Shown here: positions 10,024 to 20,474 of the stretch, piece by piece | How positions within the stretch are numbered: the stretch's first letter is position 1 | How the letters are laid out: each line of letters starts with the position of its first letter | Assembly (NCBI GenBank): GCA_030613375.1 | Contig: JAUWMC010000003.1 | Span: forward strand, 1-48,867 | From: Candidatus Micrarchaeota archaeon | GTDB lineage: Archaea > Micrarchaeota > Micrarchaeia > Anstonellales > Bilamarchaeaceae | Length of the DNA: 48,867 nt | Direction: 5' to 3' | The notes under the pieces: model-generated | What the model was told of the DNA's origin: nothing | The model's input: the letters and a program-made list of their open reading frames with translations, nothing else | Database searches by the model: none | Made by a program: the position numbers and the translations under genes

Positions 10024-10551
10024 ATGAAAAACAAAAAGGGCAGTGTTATCCCTAGTGCTCCAAGTGCAAAAACTCCTACTATTTCCAAGTTAGAGGATAA
10101 ATCAAGGAATGGGGGGCCAGACAAAATTCAAAAGCAGATTAAGGTACTTATTATAGATGATTTTCCTCAGATTTCAAGGGCTGTTCTCAGGAACCTGAAA
10201 AGGGTGGGAGTAAAACAGGAGGATGTGGTTTTGGCCAAGGACGGCAAGGAAGGCTTAGATCGAATCGCGACCGAGGAATTCGACCTCATTATAACGGATA
10301 ATCAAATGCCAAACATGAGTGGGGAGGTTATGGTACTTCGCCTTAGTGATGAAGGTAAAACGGAAATTGTGGACAAAATTGTCCTTCAGACTGGAGAACC
10401 ATTCAGCATCATGCAAGAAACAAAAACCACCTTAAGTGGAAGGGTGCTGGACAAAAACGGGGCAGGGGAGCAACTCACAGAAATAGCCAAACTCCTAATG
10501 GATGGAGGGACAATCAAAGGCTGGGTACCCAAAGAACCTAAAACAGAATGA
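10024..10551 (+). CDS. Stand-alone response regulator receiver (CheY-like) protein
   Basis: KVLIIDD, DGKEG, DLIITDNQMPNMSG (phospho-Asp), LQTG and LDK conserved; about 38-aa disordered N-terminus. Confidence 0.85.
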   Translation: MKNKKGSVIPSAPSAKTPTISKLEDKSRNGGPDKIQKQIKVLIIDDFPQISRAVLRNLKRVGVKQEDVVLAKDGKEGLDRIATEEFDLIITDNQMPNMSGEVMVLRLSDEGKTEIVDKIVLQTGEPFSIMQETKTTLSGRVLDKNGAGEQLTEIAKLLMDGGTIKGWVPKEPKTE

Positions 10552-11677
10552 GGATAGTTGGCACAATAATTGAGCCCATCAAAATTGTTCTTTCTACATT
10601 CAATCTTATGCATAAATACCCTAGGGCGGTTGCTACGAAAAAGAGCATCAAACCTGGAAGCGAATCTATAAGAAATATGATTAATATTAGGTAAATTGCA
10701 AGCATTGTATTCATGATGCTGAAATTGATTTTGGAGATTTCCCCTATTTTTGGCCTGAAGATATAGACGAGAATACAAGCAAAGGCGATTCCAATTATGA
10801 ATACGGAAAGGTAGGGAATGAGTGCATCTTGTATTGGAGTTATAGAGGAAGCTTCTGCAATTGCACCTATTCTTGCTTTGCCTAATGTAGATGCGGTAGA
10901 GAAAGCAAATACTGATTCACTTACTCCAATTGAAGCGATCGTTGCAAGGTATGCAACCCCTGCAAAGGGGACTATTATTGAGGCAAATGCTGCTACTTGT
11001 GCGGGAGAGCTTATTCCTGGAAGTAGGTCTGCAATCCATCCTAAGAATACTCCCAGCGCTGCAAATTTTAGTATGGAAAGGTCTATTCTTTTTGGGAGTT
11101 TTTGCTCAGGAAGCTTTGCGTTTGAGTAGGTGAAAATTGCGGCCATTGCAAACATTCCGGTAAATAGTGGGAGGAATGGATCCGGGAGGCCTAAGGAAAA
11201 TGCCTGCTTTCCGATTACCCCTGCAAGTATAAAGATTAGGAGAGCACCTAAGGGATTTTTGCTTCTTAGAACCAAAATTGCGGAAGCGATAATGAGGATG
11301 TGGAAAAGGTATGGCTGGATTGCCGGGAAAACTATTGGGTAGAGTGCCTGAGAGACTGGGAATAGGGTGATGCAGATTAATACTGCAAATATTGCGGAAA
11401 CCACCATTACTGTGAGGGCTTCGAGGCCTTTTCCTTTCATGGCCATTCTGTGGCCAGGGAGCACGGAAAGAACTACGGTTGAGTCCGGAATTCCTAGGAA
11501 AATTGAGGGAATGTATGCAATTATGGAATGGACTGCAAACATCGCAATTATTGCAAATGGAAGGTCAGGGGATAAGATATTCAAAGAAAGAAGAACTGAT
11601 GTAAGAGTATTGGGGTGCAGCCCCGGAATTAGTCCTGTGAGCAATCCAAGGAAAAGGGCGAGAATTATCAGAATCAT
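10538..11677 (-). CDS. TctA/DUF112-family tripartite tricarboxylate transporter-like membrane protein
   Basis: GLIPGLHPN, IPSIFLGIPD and SVLPGHRM..KGKG motifs, internal repeat LLPGISS, about 11 TM helices. Confidence 0.85.
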   Translation of the reverse strand: MILIILALFLGLLTGLIPGLHPNTLTSVLLSLNILSPDLPFAIIAMFAVHSIIAYIPSIFLGIPDSTVVLSVLPGHRMAMKGKGLEALTVMVVSAIFAVLICITLFPVSQALYPIVFPAIQPYLFHILIIASAILVLRSKNPLGALLIFILAGVIGKQAFSLGLPDPFLPLFTGMFAMAAIFTYSNAKLPEQKLPKRIDLSILKFAALGVFLGWIADLLPGISSPAQVAAFASIIVPFAGVAYLATIASIGVSESVFAFSTASTLGKARIGAIAEASSITPIQDALIPYLSVFIIGIAFACILVYIFRPKIGEISKINFSIMNTMLAIYLILIIFLIDSLPGLMLFFVATALGYLCIRLNVERTILMGSIIVPTILILF

Positions 11678-11740
11678 TCCTGCACCAGTAGGGGAATGGA
11701 CTGAATGCTTTAAATTTGGAGCAGTGAAAATTAAAACAGA

Positions 11741-12634
11741 ATGGAAAGCAAGAGGGTTGTGCTCAGGGTCAAGCCCGGAGAGTATGTTTCAAGGCGGAAG
11801 CCTGCTCAGGTTAAGCCATTCAGCAAGCTGTTCACCGAAATAGAACGGTGGCTCGGATTTGGGTTCTTTGTCGTGGTGTTGGGATATCTTTTCCTTGTTC
11901 CCGTCCTTTATCCAATTGCAGGGGAGATGGATCTCGGGCTCATCAAGGCACTTCCGTTCTATGAGATGGTGTTCCTGGGGGCTCTTATCTATATCGAGAT
12001 AGTTACGAAAAATGAGCAATTCGTAAGGAGAATTCGGGCGAGGCAGCTGGCAGGGCTTCCCCTGATGGTGTGCGCAGGGATGACATTTGTGTACATCAAA
12101 ACATTTGAGATTGACATTTTCTCCACAGAAACCCTGCTGGCGGCAGCCCTCCCTGCCTTCCAGGCAGTTGTGCTGTTTGCAAAGTTCAAATTAAGCGGGC
12201 TGGGGGTGACTTCGGATACATTGCGGATGCCCATCGTGCTCTCGGTTTTTGCGTGGATTGCGGCAATTCTGGCAACGTATGGCACAACTATGGATGCCAA
12301 TGGCCTGAGGCTATTTGGTGCCGCGCTCCTTATGGGCATAGGGCTGTCTGCAATAGTATTCTCTGCCAACGTTATGAGAAGGTGGAATCTGGAAAAAAGG
12401 GTTTTCAGGCATTTCCTTGTGCCATACTACGATAAGTGGAAGAGGCACGGAATAGTGAATCTTATGGTTTTCTGGAGCGCTGCTGCCATCCTCCTGCTCT
12501 TTTTTCTGTCCAGCTTCGCGATCGTTTACATTGGGGAAAATAGCGGGCTTGTGCATGGGACAATTGTGCAATTGGTCGCCCTTTATGCCATAATGTTCCC
12601 TGCTGCGTTATTTTCATTCCCAGGGCCTAAATAG
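11741..12634 (+). CDS. Multi-pass membrane hypothetical protein
   Basis: 297 aa, about 8 hydrophobic helices, basic N-terminal 35 aa; TTTAAA 32 nt upstream of ATG. Confidence 0.7.
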   Translation: MESKRVVLRVKPGEYVSRRKPAQVKPFSKLFTEIERWLGFGFFVVVLGYLFLVPVLYPIAGEMDLGLIKALPFYEMVFLGALIYIEIVTKNEQFVRRIRARQLAGLPLMVCAGMTFVYIKTFEIDIFSTETLLAAALPAFQAVVLFAKFKLSGLGVTSDTLRMPIVLSVFAWIAAILATYGTTMDANGLRLFGAALLMGIGLSAIVFSANVMRRWNLEKRVFRHFLVPYYDKWKRHGIVNLMVFWSAAAILLLFFLSSFAIVYIGENSGLVHGTIVQLVALYAIMFPAALFSFPGPK

Positions 12635-12725
12635 AAGAAAAATATATTATGAAAAAGAAGGCTTTTAATCCTGATTGAAACTGGGTTTTTTAATTTATAT
12701 CGTGAAGAGGGTGAAGGTGTGATGG

Positions 12726-13790
12726 ATGAGAGCTGTGCTGGCCCTGAAGGATGGAACTGTTCTTCATGGCGCTGGTTTTGGCGCTGAGGGGGAAAGAACC
12801 GGGGAGCTTGTTTTCAATACTTCTATGACTGGGTACCAAGAGACGCTTACAGACCCGAGCTATGGGGGGCAAATCCTGCTTATGACTTATCCTTTGATTG
12901 GAAACTATGGAGTGAATAAAGAGGATAATGAAAGCGATAGGATTCATGCACCGGGGTTTGTAGTGCGGGAATTGAGCCCGGATTTCCAGCACCGCTCTGC
13001 AGAGGGCTCTGTGGACTCTTTTTTGAAGAAGAATGGGGTTCCTGGGATTTGTGGGGTGGATACGCGGTTCCTGGTTCGGAGAATACGGAGTAAGGGGGTT
13101 ATGCCTGCAATTATTGCTACTTCTACGGGTAAGATTGATGTTGAGAAACTTCTTTCTAAACTTGAGGGGTTTGATTATTCTGCAACTGATTATGTGGCTG
13201 AAGCAGGGGTAAATGAACCTAAAATATTCGGAAACGGAAATCCAAAGAAGGTTGCTTTGCTGGATTTCGGAGTGAAGATGGGAATTGTGCGGGAGCTTGT
13301 GAAGCGTGGGTGTGAAGTGCACGTACTTCCTGCATATTCAAGTACAGAGGATGTGAAGGCACTTGAGCCGGATGGAATAATGCTCTCTAATGGGCCCGGG
13401 GACCCTGCAGTGGTTACAGGGATACATAAAACCGTGAAAGAGCTTGCGGGGTTTAAGCCGATGTTTGGAGTTTGTTTGGGGCATCAGGTGCTTGCGCACG
13501 CGTTTGGAGGAAACACTTTCAAATTGAAATTTGGGCACAGGGGGTCAAATCATCCTGTTCTGGATTTGGAGAGGAACCGAGTGGCGATTACTACGCAGAA
13601 CCATGGGTTTGCAGTGGATAAGATTCCTAAAGGATTTGAGCTTACGCATACGCACCTGAATGATGGGAGCATAGAGGGGATGCGGAATAAAGAATTGGAA
13701 ATATTTTCTGTGCAGTACCATCCTGAGGCTTCTCCCGGGCCCCATGATTCCGGGTACCTTTTCGATGAGTTCGTGGGGCTGATGGAGTGA
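12726..13790 (+). CDS. carA: Carbamoyl-phosphate synthase small subunit
   Basis: GELVFNTSMTGYQE.LTDPSY, SNGPGDP, GVCLGHQ (catalytic Cys) and QYHPEA. Confidence 0.97.
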   Translation: MRAVLALKDGTVLHGAGFGAEGERTGELVFNTSMTGYQETLTDPSYGGQILLMTYPLIGNYGVNKEDNESDRIHAPGFVVRELSPDFQHRSAEGSVDSFLKKNGVPGICGVDTRFLVRRIRSKGVMPAIIATSTGKIDVEKLLSKLEGFDYSATDYVAEAGVNEPKIFGNGNPKKVALLDFGVKMGIVRELVKRGCEVHVLPAYSSTEDVKALEPDGIMLSNGPGDPAVVTGIHKTVKELAGFKPMFGVCLGHQVLAHAFGGNTFKLKFGHRGSNHPVLDLERNRVAITTQNHGFAVDKIPKGFELTHTHLNDGSIEGMRNKELEIFSVQYHPEASPGPHDSGYLFDEFVGLME

Positions 13791-16700
13791 AGAAGGTGCT
13801 GGTTATCGGGAGCGGCCCCATAGTTATTGGACAGAGTGCCGAGTTTGATTATTCTGGTGCGCAGGCATGTAGGGCACTTAGGGAAGAGGGGAAGGAGGTT
13901 GTGCTGGTTAATTCGAATCCTGCTACCATTCAAACAGATTATGAGATGGCGGATAGGGTGTATATTGAACCCCTTACCTGTGAAGTGCTGGAGAAGATTA
14001 TTGAAAGGGAGGAACCGGATGCGCTGCTTGCAACTGTGGGCGGGCAGACCGGGCTTAATTTATCCATGGAATTGTGCAAGAAGGGAATTCTGGAGAAGCA
14101 TAATATTGCGTTTTTGGGAACGGATGCGAAATCAATAGAAATGGCAGAGTCTCGCGAAGAATTCAACATGCTTATGGAAAAGATTGGAATTCCGATAATG
14201 CCTGGGAAAGTAGTGAAGGAGTTTGAGAGTGCTAAAGGGTTTGTGGAATCGATTGGGTATCCTGTTATTATCCGCCCTTCTTTTACGCTTGGGGGAACCG
14301 GAGGGGGAACTGCGTTTAATGAAAAAGAGCTTGGGGAATTTGTGGAGTCTGCAACCCGCCTTAGCGCAACCGGGGAAGCGCTTGTGGAAAAGAGCGCTTT
14401 GGGCTGGGGGGAATTTGAATATGAAGTTGTTAGGGATGCGGATGGGAATGCAGTAATTATCTGCAATATGGAGAATATTGACCCTATGGGAGTGCATACG
14501 GGGGAGAGCATTGTGGTTGCGCCTTCGCAAACTTTGAGTGATGTGGACCACCAGGTTTTGCGTAATGCTGCACTGAAGATTGTGCATGCTGTGGGGATTG
14601 AGGGCGGATGCAATGTGCAATTTTCAATGAACCAGGAAACCGGGGAATTTTTTGTGATTGAGATTAATCCTCGGCTTTCCAGGTCTTCTGCACTTGCTTC
14701 AAAAGCTACGGGGTATCCGATTGCGCGAGTTGCAACCAAGATTGCTTTGGGAAAAAGGCTGCATGAGATAAAAAATGCAATTACCGGGACTTCTGCGGCA
14801 TTTGAGCCTGCACTTGATTATGTCATTACTAAAATTCCTAGATGGCCGTTTGATAAGTTTCCCCAGACTTCGCGCGTGATTGGGACGCAAATGAAAAGTA
14901 CTGGGGAAGTAATGGGGATTGGGAGGACTTTTCCTGAGTCTTTGAATAAAGCGATACGGAGTTTGGAGATAAAAATTCCAAAAGAAATTGAGCCTGGGGA
15001 GCATTTGTATCCACCTACGGATTTGAGGCTGTTTGCGCTATTGGAGGCATTTCGGAGGGGGAGCAGTGTTGCGGAACTGCACGAGAAAACAAAAATAAAC
15101 GAGTGGTTCCTGAACCGGATGGGGGAAATGGTAGAGCTGGAGGGGAAAATTAAGGAGGGGCTGGGGAAGAAAGTTCTATTGGAAGCGAAGCGTGCGGGTT
15201 TTTCTGATGAGCAGATTGGTGCGCTTAGCGGGAAAAGTGAATTGGAAGTGCGGAAGCTGAGGAAAGGATTTGGAATAGTGGCTAAATATAAAACCGTGGA
15301 TTCATGCGCTGGGGAGTTTGAGGCGATTACCCCATACTATTATTCTACGTATGAAGATGAGAATGAAGCTGGGGAGATGGAGGGGAAAAAGATTATTGTA
15401 ATTGGATCTGGGCCAATACGGATTGGGCAGGGGATTGAATTTGATTATTGCTGCTCGCATGCTGCTTTTGCAATTAGGGAAATGGGGTACAAGAGCATTA
15501 TGATTAACAATAATCCGGAAACGGTAAGCACGGATTTTGATTCCAGTGATCGTTTGTATTTTGAGCCGCTTACTTTTGAGGACGTAATGAATATTGTTGA
15601 AAACGAGAATCCTGAAGGAGTAATTGTGCAGCTTGGGGGCCAGACCAGCATAAAGCTCGCAGGAAAGCTTGCAGAAGCAGGGGTTAGAATACTGGGGACT
15701 TCTGTGGATGGGATAGACCTTGCAGAGGATAGGGAGAGGTTTAGCAAGCTTATGGATAAATTGGGGATTCCCCAGCCTGAAAATGGAATTGCGCTTAATG
15801 ATGTTGAGGCATTCCATGTTGCTTCCAGGATTGGGTATCCTGTGGTTGTAAGACCAAGTTATGTGATTGCTGGGAGAGGGATGGAAATTGTACGGGATGA
15901 TGTTGAGCTTCGCAAATATATTGATGAAGCAGTGGAGTTGAGCGGGGAAAAGCCGGTACTTATAGATAGATATTTGGACAATGCAATTGAGTGCGAAGTG
16001 GATGCGGTTAGTGATGGGAAGAAGATTTTCATAAGCGGGGTTATGGAGCATATTGAGCCTGCGGGGGTGCATTCCGGGGATGCAAATATAGTGATTCCTT
16101 CTTTGAGGCTGAGTGATGAGGAAGAGGGGACGATTATTGAATATACTAAAAAGATTGCAAAGGCTTTGGGAATAGTTGGGCTAATTAATATCCAGTATGT
16201 TGTGAAGAAGGGGACCGTGTACATACTGGAAGCTAATCCTCGCGCGAGCAGAACCGTTCCGTTTGTGAGCAAGGCTATTGGGGTGCCGCTTGCAAAGCTT
16301 GCGGTGAAGGCAATGGTTGGGGAGACGCTCCCTGAGATTAAACCTGTGCAGAATCATTATGCGGTAAAGAGCATTGTGTTTCCATTTTTGAAATTGATTG
16401 GAACTGACATAAAATTAGGTCCGGAAATGAGGAGCACCGGGGAAACCATGGGGATTGGGAAGAGCTTTGAGATGGCTTATTACAAAGCACTTCTTGCTGC
16501 AGGAATTGATGTGGATAAAGGGAAACGTGCTGCGTTCCTGAGCTTCAGGGATGATGACCATCCTTATGTGCATGAACTTGCTCCAGTGCTCAAGAAGCTC
16601 GGGTTCAAGATTTATGGAACTCTTGGGACTGTGGGGCCCATTGAGAATGCGATTGCTATTTCCAAAATTGGGAGAGGGTATCCCAGTGTAGTGGACATGA

Positions 16701-16909
16701 TTGAGTCCGGGAGGGTTAATTTAGTGATAAATACTCCTCGGAGGGGCGGGAGTGCCCATACGGACGGGTTCAAAATGAGGAAGGCGAGTATTCAGCAGGG
16801 GATTCCCTGCATTACGAACATAAATACTGCATTTGAGCTTCTGAAGGCTTTGGACACTCTTGATAAGAAAGAGTTGGATGTGCGGACCGTGGAAGAGTAC
16901 GCGGAATGA
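13787..16909 (+). CDS. carB: Carbamoyl-phosphate synthase large subunit
   Basis: GSGPIVIGQSAEFDYSG, two ATP-grasp domains (EINPRLSRSS, EANPRASRT) and a C-terminal MGS-like domain; GTGA overlap with carA. Confidence 0.97.
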   Translation: MKKVLVIGSGPIVIGQSAEFDYSGAQACRALREEGKEVVLVNSNPATIQTDYEMADRVYIEPLTCEVLEKIIEREEPDALLATVGGQTGLNLSMELCKKGILEKHNIAFLGTDAKSIEMAESREEFNMLMEKIGIPIMPGKVVKEFESAKGFVESIGYPVIIRPSFTLGGTGGGTAFNEKELGEFVESATRLSATGEALVEKSALGWGEFEYEVVRDADGNAVIICNMENIDPMGVHTGESIVVAPSQTLSDVDHQVLRNAALKIVHAVGIEGGCNVQFSMNQETGEFFVIEINPRLSRSSALASKATGYPIARVATKIALGKRLHEIKNAITGTSAAFEPALDYVITKIPRWPFDKFPQTSRVIGTQMKSTGEVMGIGRTFPESLNKAIRSLEIKIPKEIEPGEHLYPPTDLRLFALLEAFRRGSSVAELHEKTKINEWFLNRMGEMVELEGKIKEGLGKKVLLEAKRAGFSDEQIGALSGKSELEVRKLRKGFGIVAKYKTVDSCAGEFEAITPYYYSTYEDENEAGEMEGKKIIVIGSGPIRIGQGIEFDYCCSHAAFAIREMGYKSIMINNNPETVSTDFDSSDRLYFEPLTFEDVMNIVENENPEGVIVQLGGQTSIKLAGKLAEAGVRILGTSVDGIDLAEDRERFSKLMDKLGIPQPENGIALNDVEAFHVASRIGYPVVVRPSYVIAGRGMEIVRDDVELRKYIDEAVELSGEKPVLIDRYLDNAIECEVDAVSDGKKIFISGVMEHIEPAGVHSGDANIVIPSLRLSDEEEGTIIEYTKKIAKALGIVGLINIQYVVKKGTVYILEANPRASRTVPFVSKAIGVPLAKLAVKAMVGETLPEIKPVQNHYAVKSIVFPFLKLIGTDIKLGPEMRSTGETMGIGKSFEMAYYKALLAAGIDVDKGKRAAFLSFRDDDHPYVHELAPVLKKLGFKIYGTLGTVGPIENAIAISKIGRGYPSVVDMIESGRVNLVINTPRRGGSAHTDGFKMRKASIQQGIPCITNINTAFELLKALDTLDKKELDVRTVEEYAE

Positions 16910-16952
16910 GGTTTTTTTAATTTATGTGTAGAATAGAGATGAAGGTGGGAAT

Positions 16953-17876
16953 ATGGACTTGAAAGGAAGACACTTTTTGACCCTCTTAGACTACAGCAAA
17001 GAGGAAGTGGAATATCTGTTGGACGTTGCTTTGAAGATGAAAAAGGGTGAGCTTGTGAAGAAATTGCCGGACAAAACCCTGGCGATGCTTTTCCAGAAAT
17101 CATCTACACGCACCAGGATGAGCTTTGAGGCTGGAATGACTCGTTTAGGAGGGCATGGGATGTTCCTGGACATCAAGAACACTCAATTGGGCCGTGGTGA
17201 AAGCATTGAAGATACCGGAAAGACCATGAGTCGTTATGTAGAAGGGATTATGGCCAGGTTGAATGACCATAAGGACATTGAGGGGATCGCAGCTAATGCA
17301 ACTGTTCCTGTGATTAATGCGCTTACGGATATGTACCATCCTTGTCAAACGATGGCGGATATGCTTACTGTACTTGAGAAGAAAGGGAAAGTAGGTGGAT
17401 TAAAGATTGTGTATGTAGGAGATTGCGGATTCAACATGTTCCACTCAACCATGATTGGGTTCTCTAAATTAGGTGCGAATGTTGTTGGATTATGTCCGGA
17501 TAAACCGGAGTATATGCCTAAGCCTGAGATGCTTGAGAAAGTAAGGGCCCAGGCAAAAGGAACTGTTTCTATTTCGCATGATCCTGTGGACGCAGTGAGG
17601 GATGCGGATGTTGTTTATACTGATGTATGGATAAGCATGGGGCAGGATGAAGAGAAAGCAAAAAGGCTTGCGGACTTTGAAGGGTTCCAGGTGAATTCTA
17701 AATTGATGGGGCACGCAAAGCCTGATGCGATCTTTATGCACTGTTTGCCTGCGCACCGCGGAGTAGAAGTTGCTGCTGAAGTAATTGACAGCCCTTGTTC
17801 AGTTGTGTTTGATGAAGCTGAAAATAGATTGTGGGCACAAAATGCGATTCTAGTTGAACTGATGGGCGGAGAATAG
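16953..17876 (+). CDS. argF: Ornithine carbamoyltransferase
   Basis: SSTRT, HPCQ, DVWISMG and FMHCLP motifs (SMG loop is OTC-type, not ATCase). Confidence 0.95.
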   Translation: MDLKGRHFLTLLDYSKEEVEYLLDVALKMKKGELVKKLPDKTLAMLFQKSSTRTRMSFEAGMTRLGGHGMFLDIKNTQLGRGESIEDTGKTMSRYVEGIMARLNDHKDIEGIAANATVPVINALTDMYHPCQTMADMLTVLEKKGKVGGLKIVYVGDCGFNMFHSTMIGFSKLGANVVGLCPDKPEYMPKPEMLEKVRAQAKGTVSISHDPVDAVRDADVVYTDVWISMGQDEEKAKRLADFEGFQVNSKLMGHAKPDAIFMHCLPAHRGVEVAAEVIDSPCSVVFDEAENRLWAQNAILVELMGGE

Positions 17877-17924
17877 ACTCCCCATCCTCTTTCTTTTTAT
17901 TTATTCTCCTATAAAGTGCTTTTC

Positions 17925-19733
17925 ATGATACTCAACGCAAAGCACCAGATTGCAAGCCTTATTTCCAAAGCGACTGATGAGGATGAAAGCGTATGCTTTA
18001 CTACTCTCGAAATTGCTGAAGAGGGAAAGGGGGATGTTGCAAGTAAGATTGGGTTTATTCTGGCAAAGAAGATGAAGATGAGCCCTGCACAGGCTGCGGG
18101 AGAAATTGTAGAGAAGCTCAAACCACATGAGTGGGTGAAAAGCGTTGAGGTTTCTGGTCCATACATAAACTTCTTTTTAAGCGATGAGTTTTACGCTGAA
18201 GCTGTGCGGAGAATCCTGGAGATGGAAAGAGAATATGGATCCGGGAACTCCGGAAGGAGGGTTATTGTAGAGTCTCCTGCTGTGAATCCAAATAAGCCCT
18301 GGCATATTGGACACCTAAGGAATGCGTTGCTTGGAGATTCTGTTGCAAATCTTTTGCAGTTTTCCGGGGATGATGTACAGAGGATGGATTATATTGATGA
18401 TTTGGGTTTGCAGGTTGCTCAGAGTTTGTGGGGCTACCTAAACATGGATAAAAAAATTGAGGGAAAAACTGATCACTGGATTGGGCATGAGTACGTAAAG
18501 GTTGCGGGGATGGTGGAAAAAGATGAAGTTGTAAAAAAATCTATTGAGGGGATTTTGAAGGAGATGGAAAATGGAGGAAATGAAACTGCGGAGAAAGCCC
18601 GGTGGCTTGCAGAAGAATGCGTAAAGGCTCAGTATGAAACCGCATTCAATTATGGAAATCATGAGAATGTGCTTATTTGTGAAAGTGACATTATGCGGGA
18701 AATTTTTGAGGAGGGGATTGAGAAATTGAAGAAAAGTGGGGCAGTTACGCACGAAACCAGTGGAAAGAGCAAAGGATGTTGGGTAGTAAAACTCGGAGGA
18801 AAGATGAGGGGGATGACTGACCCGGATAAGATACTTATACGAAGTAATGGAACTGTTACGTATACTGGAAAGGATATGATTTTTCATTTGTGGAAATTTG
18901 GGAAATTGGAGGGAGATTTCAAATACTCTAAATTCATGGACCAGCCTACAGATGGGGTTGCATACATTACTTCCAAAAAGGGAGTAAAGAAGGATTTTGG
19001 GAAAGCAGATCTGATCGTGAATGTAATTGGAGTGGAGCAGAAGTACCCGCAGGAAGTAATCAAACATGTATTGGGTGTGCTTGAGTACAATAAGGAAGCG
19101 GAGAATTTCGTGCATTTGGCTTATGAGCATGCATGGCTTCCAGAAGTGAAGTTCTCCGGAAGGAAAGGGACTTGGATAGGGCATACAGCAGATGAGCTTG
19201 CAATAGAGGGAAAAAAGAGGGCTTTGGAAAAGGTGAAGAGCGAGCTTCCGGAAGAGGAAAAGGAAATTATTGCTGAAGAAGTTGCGATTGGAGCGATAAG
19301 ATATGCGTTCCTGAAGATTGCCCCTGAGAAGAAATTGGTGTTTAAATGGGATGAAGTTTTGAGTTTGGAAGGCGACTCTGGACCGTATTTGCAATATGCA
19401 TGCGTGCGTGCAAGGAGGATTATGGAAAAGGCGGGGTATGAAGCTGCAGTAAAATCGTATGAATTTAATGCTGAAGAGAAACGGCTGATAAAGGAGCTGG
19501 CGAGGTTCCCGGAGATTGTTGGAAATGCTACAAAAAAGATGAGGCCACACATGGTTTCAGATTACCTTTACTCTCTCTCTAATGTGTTTAGCAAGTTCTA
19601 CACAAACAATCCTGTGATTAAAGCAGAAAATGAAAAGGAGAGGAAGATGAGGCTCGCGATGGTTTCCGCATTTAACAATGTGCTTTCAATTGGATTAGGA
19701 ATTCTTGGGGTCCCTATACCGAATAAAATGTAG
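17925..19733 (+). CDS. argS: Arginyl-tRNA synthetase
   Basis: NPNKPWHIGHLRNA (HIGH), KFSGRKG, GPYLQYA and a DALR anticodon-binding domain. Confidence 0.96.
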   Translation: MILNAKHQIASLISKATDEDESVCFTTLEIAEEGKGDVASKIGFILAKKMKMSPAQAAGEIVEKLKPHEWVKSVEVSGPYINFFLSDEFYAEAVRRILEMEREYGSGNSGRRVIVESPAVNPNKPWHIGHLRNALLGDSVANLLQFSGDDVQRMDYIDDLGLQVAQSLWGYLNMDKKIEGKTDHWIGHEYVKVAGMVEKDEVVKKSIEGILKEMENGGNETAEKARWLAEECVKAQYETAFNYGNHENVLICESDIMREIFEEGIEKLKKSGAVTHETSGKSKGCWVVKLGGKMRGMTDPDKILIRSNGTVTYTGKDMIFHLWKFGKLEGDFKYSKFMDQPTDGVAYITSKKGVKKDFGKADLIVNVIGVEQKYPQEVIKHVLGVLEYNKEAENFVHLAYEHAWLPEVKFSGRKGTWIGHTADELAIEGKKRALEKVKSELPEEEKEIIAEEVAIGAIRYAFLKIAPEKKLVFKWDEVLSLEGDSGPYLQYACVRARRIMEKAGYEAAVKSYEFNAEEKRLIKELARFPEIVGNATKKMRPHMVSDYLYSLSNVFSKFYTNNPVIKAENEKERKMRLAMVSAFNNVLSIGLGILGVPIPNKM

Positions 19734-20474
19734 CTAAGACTTGACGTATTTGAGAGCCTCTTCAAAGTCCATTTTGAATCCGTGCTTGGAGAAATACTTT
19801 ACGATGTTGTACACATCTCTTTCCAGGTATCTTTCTGAATTGGGATGGGAGAGAATTACGCCCTGTCCGAAATCAATAAGGTAAGGCTTGGGGCCAACTA
19901 GAATGTTGTATTCACTTATATCTGCGTGAACCAAGCCCGCACGGTACAGTTTGCGGATGTCTAAAAGAATGCTTTTGAGTTGTGAAATGGATTCCGGACC
20001 CAGAATGTTCAACTGGGTATAAGGGAGCCCATCTTCACCCAAAAATTCCATAATTAAAATATTTTTTACTTGGAGAAGGGGTTTCGGAGCATGCACTTTG
20101 GCTTTGGCGCAAATTTCCAGGTTTTTGTATTCTTTTTGTGCAAAAGCAGATACTAAATCCCTTTCCGTGTGACGGAACTTTTTGAAGCGCCGATCACCTT
20201 CGATGTATTCCTTGCGGCGCATGAACTTGGTTGTTTCAATTTTGTAGATTTTTACTGCAATAGGTGAACCTGAAGGAGTAGTTGCGCGGAATACGTTTGC
20301 TTCTTTCCCTGTGGAAATAGGATTGTCTACTGTTTGAAGTATCCCTTTTCCCATAAGTTTAGAAAGTGCAAGCAAAGTAGAGCGGTCGAAAACTTCACTC
20401 TCTACCTTGAATCGTTCCTTAAGTAAAAAGTCGTCTTTTGAAGGCCTTTTTCTTTTTGAAACCTTCCTAGCCAT
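19734..20474 (-). CDS. rio1: Serine/threonine kinase Rio1
   Basis: STGKEANVF, AVKIY, LVHADISEYN and IDFGQ. Confidence 0.95.
   Translation of the reverse strand: MARKVSKRKRPSKDDFLLKERFKVESEVFDRSTLLALSKLMGKGILQTVDNPISTGKEANVFRATTPSGSPIAVKIYKIETTKFMRRKEYIEGDRRFKKFRHTERDLVSAFAQKEYKNLEICAKAKVHAPKPLLQVKNILIMEFLGEDGLPYTQLNILGPESISQLKSILLDIRKLYRAGLVHADISEYNILVGPKPYLIDFGQGVILSHPNSERYLERDVYNIVKYFSKHGFKMDFEEALKYVKS

Noticed and set aside
13939-19550. Long antisense ORFs (13939-14739, 15302-16072, 18438-19550)
   Set aside because: Shadows of carB and argS arising from codon bias; no motifs and unnatural composition.
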